The position numbers and the translations under genes were made by a program. Positions 52,401 through 64,000 of a stretch of 64,000 nucleotides of DNA are shown here, one piece after another. This DNA comes from the human T2T-CHM13v2.0 reference genome, Homo sapiens. The notes under the pieces were generated by a model that was not told where the DNA came from, made no database searches, and saw only the letters and a list, made by a program, of their open reading frames with translations. The DNA lies in assembly GCF_009914755.1 (NCBI RefSeq), contig NC_060932.1, one strand, 5' to 3'. Numbering within the stretch: the stretch's first letter is position 1; each line of letters opens with the position of its first letter.

Positions 52401-52972
52401 TATATTAATCAATGATTTTCAGAGAAATGAAACCAAAAGGACACACACACACACACAAAAATGGAACCAAAAGGACACACACACACACAAACACACACAC
52501 ACATACACACACACAGAAATTTATTAAAAGAGAGATTGGCTCAGATGATTATGGAGACTGAGAAGTTTCACAATCTGTTGTCTGCAAGCTGGGGGCCCAG
52601 GAAAGCCAGTGGTATAGTTTCAATCAAGGACAGAGGGCCTGAGGACCATGGGGCTGATGGTGTTAAGTCCTGGTCTGAGTTTAAAGGCCTGAGAACTAAA
52701 GGCACTAATGTCCCAGGTTGTCAGAATTTCCATCTCAAGGAGACAGCAAATTTGCCCTTCCTCCACCTTTTTGTTTATGTAGGCCCTCAGTGATTGGAGG
52801 GTGACTGCGCACATTGGTGAAGTGGTGAAGTGATCTTCTTTACTCAATCTGCCGATTCAAATGTTAATCTTTTCCAGAAACGCCCACACAGACACATCTA
52901 GAAATAATGTTTTGCCAGCTATCTGGGCATTCTTTAGCCTGGTCAAATTGACACATAAAATTAAACATCACA
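52401..52972 (-). mobile_element. MLT2 (ERVL) solo LTR with (CA)n tract
   Basis: CAGAGAAA...CCAAAAGGA(CA)n; GATTGGCTCAGATGATTATGGAG; AAATTGACACATAAAATTAAACATCACA; TSD CCACT/CCTCT. Confidence 0.85.
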
Positions 52973-53453
52973 CCTCTTTAGGTTAATATCCCAATACTGA
53001 CCTGGTCAGACCTAGGAGAAGGGCCCAAGAATTCCTTGCCTTCCCTGTGTATTAGCTGGTTCCTCGCTATTAATGGCTTTCTAGTTAGATCAAAATCCAA
53101 AGAAAGAAACTGCAGGTGAATATCTAAACATCAGGAAGCTTTTACATGATCGCCTATTGATTAATGCTTAAAAGCTACTTATTTAAAAATGCTAGAATGC
53201 ATTAGAACATTCTCTCTTGCATAAACTACTGTGTAGTACTAGAGATCTACACAAAATAAAATTAAAAATCAGCTAAATGTGTACATTTACATAGGAAAAT
53301 ATTCAATATTTACTTGCTTTTTATCCTTATATTTTATAAATTGTTGGCAAAGCAGACATAAATAGTTCTCAGCTTGACACAATATGTGACTTAATTTGTA
53401 GTACTCAATGAAAAGCTCTGGTACTACTGGAGGATTTATAAGTTAAATTTTAA

Positions 53454-53757
53454 TTTTTTTTTTGTTTTTTTTTTGAGACAGGGTCTTGCTCTGTCATACA
53501 GGCTGGGCTGCAGTGGCACAATCATGGCTCACTGCAGCCTGGCACTCCTGTGTTCAAGAGATCCTCCTGCGTCAGCCTGACAAGTAGCTAGGAACAAGGT
53601 GTGTACCATTATGCCCAGCTAATTACATTTTTTATTTTTGGTAGAGATGAGCTCTCACTATGTTGCCTAAGCTGGCCTCAAACTCTGGGGCTCACGTGAT
53701 CCTCCTGCTTCAGCCTCCCATAGTATTGAGATTACAGGTGTGAGCACTGCTCCCAGC
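53454..53757 (-). mobile_element. AluJ
   Basis: GAGACAGGGTCTTGCTCTGTC...ATCATGGCTCACTGCAGCCT...CTATGTTGCC; strong CpG decay. Confidence 0.92.
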
Positions 53758-54309
53758 TAAATTCTTATATTGAGCAAAACATCTTCAGAAAAATAAAATC
53801 AATTCTGTACTAATCATAGCAAAATTATCTTTCATAACCTTACATACACATCTTAAATAATTATATATGTTTGTGTGTATCTATCATATATACGACATTT
53901 ACATAGACGATAAATTAGCAGGAACCCACTCCAGGATACGTGAGCTATTTATAGCCATTTTAGTGGACCTATTATCAGTCACTTTGGTTAGCTTTCATAT
54001 GAGTATTTGAAACTATATATGGATCTCTATTAATATAAAAATTAGTTATTGAAGACTTTTCTGCCTGAGAAAAATGAACAAAATGAATATTTCAATCTTA
54101 GAGCAGTAAATTTTTTTTTCCTTTGAGAGATAAAATTTGTTTTCACATGTGGTAAAATTTTCTAATATTTTATTAAATATAAAATTTTAGTCATCTTTGG
54201 ACAAACCAATAGCTTTGCTGCTTTAAATCTAAATTTTAAAATAAAAATATATATACACATATATAAATATATAAAGGTATATGTATATACACATATATAT
54301 ATTTGTCCA

Positions 54310-56560
54310 CATATTTATTGAGCTTGAGGGTTTGTAATTTTACAAATGTTTAAGAAAATGTACCATTACTCTGTCCCTTTCTTCCCACCTCTCTATTCTT
54401 ATTCCTTAGGGAAACCATGTTCAACATTTTTAGCTGCTTTTTCTTCCGGTTTACCTCTGTGATTCTGAATATCTTCATTTTTTATGTTTTTGTTTTGCAT
54501 ATTGTCTTCTGATTTCCTACTGTGGAAAATGGGAATGATTTTAAATATATATTTTCCTATATTTTTCAGTTAGTCATAAATTTTCAGTTAAATCAATATT
54601 AGTACTCATATTATGGCTATAAAAATGTTATATTTTATTATATGATTACATTTCTTTAACAATATTTTGTTTTTCCTGGAGTTAATAATTGGTACAGTTC
54701 CTGTGACCTTTTTTTTTTTGTGAACTCTTTCCTAAGCTCTCTATCAGAAATATAAACAACTTCTCAATAACTTTGTTAAAATCAGGTATTCTGTCATGGC
54801 TTTGATTTTAGTTTTGCTTTCCTGGAGACATTCCTCAGACAGTTGTTTCCTGGTTGTCTGCCCTCCTGTTCCAATCTGGGGTGGCTGCTCTGTAATTCTG
54901 CTGCGCCACTGTCATGCACCATTTCCCTTCACTGTCATCCTGACAATTCTCTTTGCTTTTCTCCTGTCTTGGATTTTCTCCCCTTGGGGTTTCATGTCTT
55001 CCTTTTTCTTAGTTTTCTTCCTAATTTTAGTCAGGCATATCCTCTTATAACTTCTAGAGAAGGCTTCCATAATTGAGAGTATACATTTGTGAGATATCAC
55101 ATGGTCTGAAAATGCCTTTATTCTAATCTCACATTTGATTGATAGTATAATAGGTACAGGAATATAGGTTAGAAATAAGTTCCTCCTAAATTTTGAAAGC
55201 ATTTCTTCATTTTCTTCTAGCACTCAATTATTGAGAGGTGTGATGCTATTCTGCTACCTAACATTTTGTTGTTGGTCTGCTTTTTACAATTGCTTTATTT
55301 TCTTTGATTGAAGCTTTTAGGGATTTCTGTTTGTCCTCAGTGTTCCAAAATTTTACATTTTTGTGCCTCAGGTTGGATCATTTTTTTATCCATTGTGTAA
55401 AATACTTAGTGAATCCTTTCTATCTTGGTGATTCATGTACTTCAGTTCTAGTGTATTTTCTGGAATATTGTCTGATGAATACCTTGGTTTTCTGTTTGAC
55501 ATTTCTGGAGCTCCTACAATATGTGTATTGGACCATCTTGATCAGTCTTCTAATTTTCTTATTATTTATCTCTAATTTTTATCTTTTTCTCATTATTTTT
55601 CTACTTTGTGAGTGTGATTTCTTCAGCTTTATTTTCTAATTCCTTTATGGGATGAGTTATTTCTGCTCTTCTTTTAAATTTCAACGATAATTTTTTAATA
55701 GTATCCTGTTCTTGTTTCATGTTTGCATGTCTTCTTATATCGGTTATAGTGTTCTAAAGTTTTCCTCTGTTCTTGCATTGTTCCTTTTTTTGGTTTCTTT
55801 TGTCTCTGTCTGAATTGTCCATTCATATTTGCAAATCAAGGATTTAAAAGCTAATTAGATAACTGGTATTTATGTGTAGAACTTGTTGAGTGGTAAGCAT
55901 TACTATTTTATCACTTGTTCACTTTATTTGGTATATTTAGTTTATATACTAAACTATCATTAATTCTAGGTATTTTTGTCCTGTGTGTGTTAATTTACTC
56001 AGAAAGGAATATTCTGAACTCGTTCCTACTAGACTATTGGTTTAACTTTTTAGAAGACCCAGCTGCTATTGTCTTACTGGGTGGAGGAGGTGTAGTCATC
56101 TGGTTGCTTAGGGTAGGGATTGGATCTAAGAGCCTATATGCTTTTTAGATGTTTAACCAACCATTTTTCTCAGCCCTACCTATACCACTGCCTTCAAAAA
56201 TACAAATATGTGCCCTATTCCTGCACCCTTTTCTGATTTCTGTCAAGTGAATTTGCTTGTTAATTGGCTATTTCTCTTCCCTACCCATTCTTAGCATTGA
56301 ACTTTCAGCTTCATCTGCTCTGCTAAGTTAGTTGTTTTTTATCTTTTCACTTTCCGGCATTTATAATTTGCACCCTGTCTCTCCCTCCCTGCCTCTTCTC
56401 TCTGTTATTGTTTCCCTTCTTATTCTCATTGTTCTTTTGGGCCTCTGACTTTTATATCCTCATCTTCACCTACACCCCCACCCCCCTGCCCACAGACCTT
56501 TTTTTCACTTGTATGTGTAGTTATAGGAGGGAGCAGAGGCTAACTTGTTTGACTGGGAGT
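54310..56560 (-). mobile_element. Ancient L1M fragments (T-rich antisense)
   Basis: TCTGAAAATGCCTTTATT...CACATTTGATTGATAGT...TATAGG and TGTTCCAAAATTTTAC motifs; very degenerate. Confidence 0.55.
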
Positions 56561-56759
56561 CTTAACGATTTTAAGAGATTTTAAAGATTGAATTTTATAT
56601 GATTTCAGTGAAATAAACTAAAGCGATTTGAATTAAATATGTCTTGAACATACACCTCCTGCTCTACCCTCTTTTGCTTCTTGTGCAGTAGTTAACAATC
56701 ATAGTACCAAATTCTACCCTGAGTACATTAAGATAAACAGCCAAGTTCAATCTCAAGTC

Positions 56760-57062
56760 AGCCCAAGGCCAGCTTCAGTTTCAATGGGGGATCATTTGTA
56801 GTCAAAAATAGAGAGCAGTCTTAGAAGAGTGTCCTCAGGGTATGGTGGCTGGCTTCCGCCAGAGTGAGCAAGACGGGAAAACGAGGCAGAAGCCACAGTG
56901 TCATCTGTGCCCTGGCCTCAGATGTCACATTTCTTCATTAATTCAGCATACTATTAATTACAGAGATAGGCTAGTCAATTCACTGTGGAAGAGGTGGTAC
57001 AGGGATATGAATACTCAGAGGCAAAAATCACCGAGGGCCATATTGGAAGTTAGCTACCACAC
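56760..57062 (-). mobile_element. MLT1F/G-like LTR fragment
   Basis: ATGGTGGCTGGCTTCCGCCAGAGTGAGC...GGCCATATTGGAAGTTAGCTACCACA. Confidence 0.65.
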
Positions 57063-59019
57063 TGGATGTTTACTCAGGCTCCCTCACTTATTAAGTTACT
57101 CTCAGATCCAAGCTTGAATGACTCAGGTTGTTGCACCTATATGAATTAAGTCTTATGGTGTTACTTGTGAAGAATGAAAATAACAAATGTCAGTTTTTTG
57201 AAAGCCATTTATAAAGCTTAAATTAAAACCCCAACTTGTGTAATTTGTTGTATATTATTAATACAGTCATCAGCTAACTAAGACCCTATAAACTGGCCCA
57301 ACATAAAATTATCCTTCAAGATGCTAATAAAGGGTATCCACATTGTGTATGTGTCCAGTGTTTCATCTGGGTAGGCCAGGAATCAGATGACACCCAAATA
57401 GGGACTTCTGTTTGGAAGGGCTAATGTTTTGAACCACATAGTATGTATTTTGGAAGGACTTTCTTATTAAGAAAAGTGATTATTAGAAACGTGATTATAA
57501 GGAGCATCAGAGATCACTTACCAATGTGAAATTTTAGGAGGATAGAGAGCATCTTTATTTTTTTCTCCAGTAGTCATTTCTTATTTTTTTTTAATCCTAA
57601 TACTCTAAGTAGTCACAATGATATGTGAATCATTGCATGATGAGACAATACCGGCTTCTCTTTTTTTGAGAAATAATTTCTATTATCATGACTGCTTTTG
57701 AGGTTGGTGAAGATTTAATATTGCCTTACATCATGCCATTGAAACTACACATTCAACTTTGGGATTTTAAAAATTCTCTAAATATGGACTTTTAGGGGGT
57801 AAGGGAGTGAGAGAGTTGTAATTTCCATTTTAAGTCCACTAGAAACCAATATAATTAGGGTACAGCATATTCTGTCCTGTAGTAGATTTTAGAAACATGC
57901 AAATGAAGCACACTGTTTTCCATGGTTGTTTGATTTTCATTTGGGTGTTTTGAATTTAATGAGATTTTCCTGATTTAGTGACCAGTAAGCTGACACCATG
58001 TTTTACTGTGGAAGGATATTTTTTTTCTTTTAATAAGCACAGCAATTCATTGCATGATACACCATTGCTGTTTTGTGATGAGGAAGAACCTACAAATCCA
58101 ATGTACGTTTATTCTCCCTTTTGCTAGGACAAAATGAATTTGTCCAGCCATATCATAGCCTAGAGATATATTATTTCTGTGGCAGGAATCCATTGCCAAA
58201 AATAAAAAAAAAATTATGGAACTAAAACAGTTCATGTAGGTAGGAAGTGTAAGACTCACTGCCATATGCTGTTCTCATCCTATCACACTCAACATTGAAT
58301 TAGTTGAAATTTTAACATGTACCTTCATTTCTCTGTAGCAGAAACTTTCTGAAAACTGAAGAGGAGATCAATCATACCATTATTGTTACTGGAAATTAAA
58401 GAAGAATGTTTTTCTCATCTTTTTAATTGGAGAATCAAAAGAAGTGTATTGAATCCTGGACTATGTTTCCACGGAACTAGTTTTAATAGGTTTCATGTAA
58501 GAAAAACAATTCTGTCATCATACACATTCAGAGAATTGTGAATCTGTAAACAAAGTTAAACAGACTTCCTTACTGCAGGTCACCAGAGAGCACATACGCA
58601 GCCTGCATGCCCAAAAGGGAGCTTTTATATTAATCCAAGATTGCAGGGACCCTTTTTTCCTCTAGGAGTATGTTATGATGTTAGTGTCTATGGAATAAAA
58701 TCTGGGAAACACCTTTGTAGGTAATTTTCACTCATTGCAAACCGAAGTTCACTTTGGTTCTTGATATTCTTGATCAAGAATTGATCTCTAACAGGTGCTT
58801 ATTATGGGCCACCATACCATTTTCACCAGTACTTCTCTAATTCTATGGAGAAGGCAATATTTGATATGTTAATTAGTGATGAAGCTGACTATAATATGCT
58901 TGAGTCTAAAATTAGGCATAATTACTTCTATATATAAGACACTGAGCACAGTTTGCCTAAGCTGAAGTTAAATGTGTTGAGAATTTGAATTCCCTTTTAT
59001 AGGCTATTTACCTCAGTAA

Positions 59020-59215
59020 CATTTAAAATATTTATGGAATGAATCATCCAGATTTACTCTATGCTAGGCAGAGCTTTAGGAACATGCACTTATAAATGAT
59101 GTTGAGATTGTGGTTTAAACAGGCTCAGTAAACTAGTCCAGGGTCCCGTGGCTGGTAACGTAGTGAAGCAGGTACTCAAACCCAGTTCATTCTGACTTCA
59201 CACAGCTCCTAACTA
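59020..59215 (-). mobile_element. MIR fragment
   Basis: AACAGGCTCAG...GTCCAGGGTCCCGTGGCTGGTAA...ACTCAAACCCAG...TCTGACT. Confidence 0.6.
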
Positions 59216-59559
59216 CCTCTGGCATATATAGGCATAGATAGAATGCAGTTAATAATAATTGTTTAGCCTTATCAGAGAACAAGTATCCTAATTTAAGTAA
59301 AAATAATGGGATTTTATCTGCATTTTAAAAATGATGATGTATATTAGAGCATAACGGTATAGACACTCAGAATTTTATCTCCGTGATGACATTGGCTTTA
59401 ACAGTAGTGCTTAGTGAGTAAGTATCCCCGAATAATTAGATGAAGATAATATAAAAGGTGTATTTCTAAGCAAACTGTTTTAAGCATGTGGAAGTATATT
59501 TTATCAGAGGTTTAGTTTTTTTTTTGTAAACTTGTCGAGTGGGCGTTTATTTGAGAGGC

Positions 59560-59790
59560 ATTGTAGTAGAAAGGGTCCTAGGCTTTTTAAGTTTCCATTT
59601 CTCCACTTACTAGATATCCTATTATTAGTATATTTTGCTCAAGTTTTTTGTTTGTTTGTTTGTTTTTGTTTTACCTCTTTGGAGCCTGAATTTCCTTCAA
59701 TTTAAAATGGTAAGGTAGTATGTATTTCAAAGGATTGTTGTAAATATTAAATGAAATAACTTATATAAAACACATAGGACAAGGCACAAA
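59560..59790 (+). mobile_element. MIR
   Basis: CTCCACTTACTAG...TTTAAAATGG...AGGATTGTTGTAAATATTAAATGAAATAAC. Confidence 0.6.
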
Positions 59791-61167
59791 GCTATCACAT
59801 TTTTCTTCCCGTTTTCTCTATTTCAGTAATATTTAAAATTTTTATTTGTCATTGAAATTAACTCATTTAATATATATGTTAAATCCCAAGATAAAATATC
59901 CTAGACCTTCTACAACCAGATGTTATCCTCCTAACAAACTAATTTGTAGTTGAACATCTGTTTAAAGCCTGGCTAAAAATTGCCTTAAAAATCCTTCTTT
60001 TCTGATACTAAGACAATGTTTTTACTCATTTAATATTTCAGAAATGTTCAGAAAAGCGGTTATTCATTCACTAGTGGGACTTGCAATCAGTGGCACCTTA
60101 GAATGGAAGAAATATAGCAGAAACATACTGGGTGATGCAGCAAAGAAATGTGTTGAAATCTATTACATATGAATTGTTATTTTCTCCATTTCGTAGAAAG
60201 GAAACTGAAGTTCCAAACACCTGTGTAGCAGTGGGTAGAGAAAAGACTCGGATTCCACTTTTCAGAGAAGATCATCTCTACTTACACTTAACACAAGTCC
60301 TTAATTCCACAGGAGTAAATCCGGATGAGCCAAATTGGAAACAAGAGGCATGTGGAGTAGATCAGAAAACACTTTTTTCATGTGTGTGTATTATTTTTAA
60401 ACTTCGACATGAACTAAAGAATAATCATGAAATGTATTTCTTCAAAAGCCTTTAAAAACAGATAATCTATAGGTTAGACCATTTAGAGAGGTAATTCGTC
60501 TGGGATAATTTGTGTAACTTTCTAACAGTTTTTGTCAAATAAAAAACTGTAGTAAGTCGACAGTGCATTCATGATGTGCATTCACTGATGTGGCTCAACA
60601 TTGGTAACAGTATGTAGAGAAGAATCTGACAATTTCAGAAATATAGGCACACATATCAGATGATTATATCAATGCAAACCTGTTGCTTTGGTTATATGAG
60701 GGTACACTTCAAAAATACACAACTCAAAGCTTTTTTCTTTTTCTCTGTCAAAATAGACAAACCCAGGTTAATAAAAATAGCCAGGGAGTTCAGTCTCCCA
60801 GGAAGAGCAGTCTGAAGAATGATGACATACATTGTGCCTTGAAGGCTACAATCAATCTTTATTGAAAAGAATCTACACTGAGGACAGGCAGGGCTTTTTG
60901 GACATTCCTACCTCATTACATTTTGCATTTATCTGCCATCTTCTTACCTCTGTTGGTCATTGAGGGTTATAACCATTTACTTAGAGTGATTTTTTCTTTT
61001 TACAAATGAAGATAAATGAGCCTACAATATTAAATCACATCCTTGTTTCCTCATTTTATTTCGGTCCCTGTAAAGATTAAATGTTGAACTTTTTTCTTTA
61101 AAACTTAAGTAAAACATTGGGCTAGGAAAGGTTAGTGGCTTAATGTATTTGTTTTTCTCTCTTTTTT

Positions 61168-61189
61168 TCTATCTATCTATCTATCTATC

Positions 61190-61233
<44 letters not shown>

Positions 61234-61238
61234 GTCTA
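61168..61238. repeat. Compound tetranucleotide STR (TCTA)5 TCA (TCTA)10 TCTG TCTA
   Basis: Counted directly. Confidence 0.95.
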
Positions 61239-61308
61239 TTGCTCGAAAGAGAGAGGGAGAGAGAGATGTAATTTTTTGTGCAAGTAGAAATTCTAAGTTT
61301 AAGGTCTG

Positions 61309-61512
61309 ATTTTATTTATTTATTTACTTATTTATTTAATTTATTTATTTAGGGACAGAGTTTTGCTCCTGTTGCCCTGGCTGGAGTGCAGTGACGCAAT
61401 CTCGGCTCACTGAAACCCTCGCCTCCCGGGTTCAAGTGATTCTCCTGCCTCAGCCTCCTGAGTAGCTGGGATTACAGGCATGTGTCACCATGCCCAGCTA
61501 ATTTTGAATTTT
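61309..61512 (-). mobile_element. 5'-truncated AluS (right arm) with (TTTA)n tail
   Basis: GACAGAGTTTTGCTCCTGTTGCCC...GCTGGGATTACAGGCATG...GCTAATTTTG. Confidence 0.9.
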
Positions 61513-61880
61513 AAGAGCAATAGTTTGCAGACTGGGAGCCTCAAAACTGAAAAATGGCATCAAGCCTCAATTCTACAGCAGTTACAGCACAGTTGACAGG
61601 GAATAAAAGAGGAAGTGTGTTCACCTTTGTCGTGATTGGCTGTCATGTTTTCTTTTTTAAGGCAAATAGAGCTATTTAAGCTGATTTGTCTATAGCTGAT
61701 TGATTTAATTTCACTGAATCATGCTGTGAGGGGCAAAAACATAACGCTTGCATTTTTATGTTTAGGGTTAGGATTTCCAGGAAATTGGGATGACCTAAAT
61801 TTTGCTTAAGTGTCTATGGGTGGTTGACCATGAGGTATCCAAACAGTAGCCCCCATTTTCATTTATTTATTTTTAGCAAT
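61513..61880. mobile_element. Possible old LTR relic, family unassigned
   Basis: GATTGGCTG and GCTGATTG motifs and general LTR-like character; cannot be placed confidently. Confidence 0.3.
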
Positions 61881-62789
61881 AGGAATACAGGAAACTATAC
61901 CAAATTTAGGCAACTATTTACTAAAGGAAAACCAAAAAAGGGTATGAGCCCATTACTTTGTTCAGTAAGGTCTGGTTTTAAATATCGATCTTATTAATGC
62001 TTTTTGCATAAAGTGTAACCTTAATGTGTATTTTTCCTTGCTTCATCTCCGAGGTGACTTTCTAGTTAGGACACCATTGGATCAAGGTGCTCAAAAACAG
62101 GGGGGCCCCTCTCCCATTACACAGCACAGTGCTTCTGGGTATGTCCTGTTTCTGGCAGCTTGAGGATCTGACTGACATAGCAGGATGCTTCAGAATATCT
62201 TTTTGTAGGAAAACTCTCTCTCATTCTCTCTCTACTTCATCTGTTCTAACTAAATTCCAAAAAAAAAAAACAAAAAGGAGTGGGAGAGTTTGTATTGTTC
62301 TTCTGAAAATAAAAACTTAGAAAATAGCTTTTTTTGGTATTCAGCCACAATAATGTGCATTAATATTCCAATCTTCCTTCTGCTCATGAAAAAGGACACA
62401 GAGGAAAGACTAACAAAGAAAATAAACCTGTAAAGAATAGTATTGAATGTGAGAAGATAAAATTAATATATTCCTAATGACCATGACAGGAAATAATGAT
62501 AGCATTAAACTGTAGTGTCTTTTCCATAAGTTTTAGATATACTGGGCATATGTGATGCTTATTATACACGTAGGCATCTCAAGCAGAATTTAACCTTGAG
62601 AATAATTGTTAACAAAATTGATTATTAAAAAAAATCAATGGCTTTGTTATTTGAGTGTAAACACGTACACAAAAATGAAGAGCCAAAAGTTAGTGGTTAC
62701 GATTTCTCTCTTGTTCCCTGCCCTAGAACTGAGTTGTTAAAATCCAAAACAATATGCTTTTTAAAAGCTATGTTGTATAGTATTTATTG

Positions 62790-63335
62790 CAGCTATCATT
62801 TGCTTCAACTTTAACCTAAAGGCAAAGTCATGGTAATCTCTTCCTTGCTCAGAAATCTTTGGCATCTCCTCAGAGCCTCGAGGAAAATGAATTTTTTTGT
62901 ATGGTATTCAAGGCTTCACAAAGATCTCCCTTGCTAGCCTCTTCCCCACTCCTTCCACCCTGCTTCCTATGTTCACAAAGTTCTCTGCCTTGCCTCAAAT
63001 GTTATAGATTTCAGTCTTCTTTGAAATACCCTCTTAACACTTCTCTGCTTAGCAAATTCCTATTATTCTCAAGGGTCAGCTCAAATTTACCCTTTAGTGA
63101 GGAGGGCATCTTGCATTCTTCTTTCTTCTGACTTCTGGCCAAATTACTTTCTTCCTCCCTTGCATTCCCTGGCTCCTTTGTTCATATCACAAGTTTGGCT
63201 TAGATTACACAATTATTATAAGATACTTGCTTTTCTGCTAGTTTCTTAGTCTTTTGGAGTGCAGATACAGTGTTATTTATCTTTTAATCATTAGAGCCCA
63301 GTATGGTAAAGGAGAGAAATAAATGAATTGAATCA
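62790..63335 (+). mobile_element. L2 fragment
   Basis: CCTTGCTCAGAAATCTTTGGC...GGTATTCAAGGC...CAGCTCAAAT...AATAAATGAATTGAAT. Confidence 0.7.
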
Positions 63336-64000
63336 TAGGTCTATCTCCAGATGTTAAAAGTCATTGTAATAAATGAGGGAGAAAATATCCAAAATGTTTT
63401 TCTTCTCCTTTATCTGAGTCTATCAATCTTATTGCTTAAGTGGATGGACTATTTGAATAGTTGATATTTCTAATTAGCTTGTGTATTCCAAAGGTAATTT
63501 ACGTTGCTCCTGTGTTTTACCATTAATCCCAAACTGTGGACATCATAAAGATGCCTTACAAAATTAATTTAATAACTAGCTAAATATAGCATACCATTTT
63601 CTTCAAACTGATTGCTTCATGGGTTCTTATTTCCATGAGATCTTCTAGCAGAAGTAATTTCGGGTTGGTGTCTATCTGAAAGCCTTCTGTCTAGCAGATA
63701 GCATTGAAGTGGAGCTTTCCTTAAAGAGGACAGAAAAGCAGACTGTCTTCCCTCTTTGCCGCAGAGCCAGAAGGACAGGGTGAAAAGTGTCTTTCCTTTG
63801 ACTAAAGAGAATCACATTCCACTAAAGGCAGCCCATTTCAGACTGATTATTGGCCAACTTTATATCCAGAAGGAAAGCAATTTAACAGGAAAGGAGTAGT
63901 CTTTCAGAGAATTAAATTTTTTGTCTAGATTTGGACTGAAGAAACAAGGCATATTGAGGTAGAGCAATTAAAGCTCTTTTGGTCTAGAAGAGAAAATCAA

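Noticed and set aside
52424-52515. Duplicated AAATG(A/G)AACCAAAAGG(AC)n
   Set aside because: Slippage next to the microsatellite typical of MLT2 LTRs.

Overview
Primate (most likely human) genomic DNA, judged from AluY/AluS/AluJ, L1PA/L1PB, MER11 and THE1 elements and global CpG depletion. I find no supportable protein-coding exon. The supplied ORFs are L1 relics, Alu/LTR read-throughs or GC-rich noise. The window has three parts. (i) About 14 kb of upstream sequence led by a 5'-intact minus-strand L1PB carrying a MER11 solo LTR. (ii) A CpG-island promoter (~14.05-16.3 kb) with a MEF2 site, GC boxes and a short non-coding first exon ending at a GTAAGT donor (14629). (iii) More than 49 kb of repeat-rich first intron. 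From memory only, the exon resembles the 5' leader of LRRC8C; this cannot be confirmed here because no CDS is present. I see no evidence of a wholly new multi-gene system. The best leads are a 49-bp VNTR carrying one STAT (GAS) motif per unit with a T/G toggle, a candidate recursive splice site behind a 98-nt AG-free zone, a poly(A)-less L1PA fragment that looks internally primed, a closely spaced inverted AluY pair and a uORF in exon 1. Repeat subfamily names come from recalled consensus sequences, and boundaries of old repeats are approximate.
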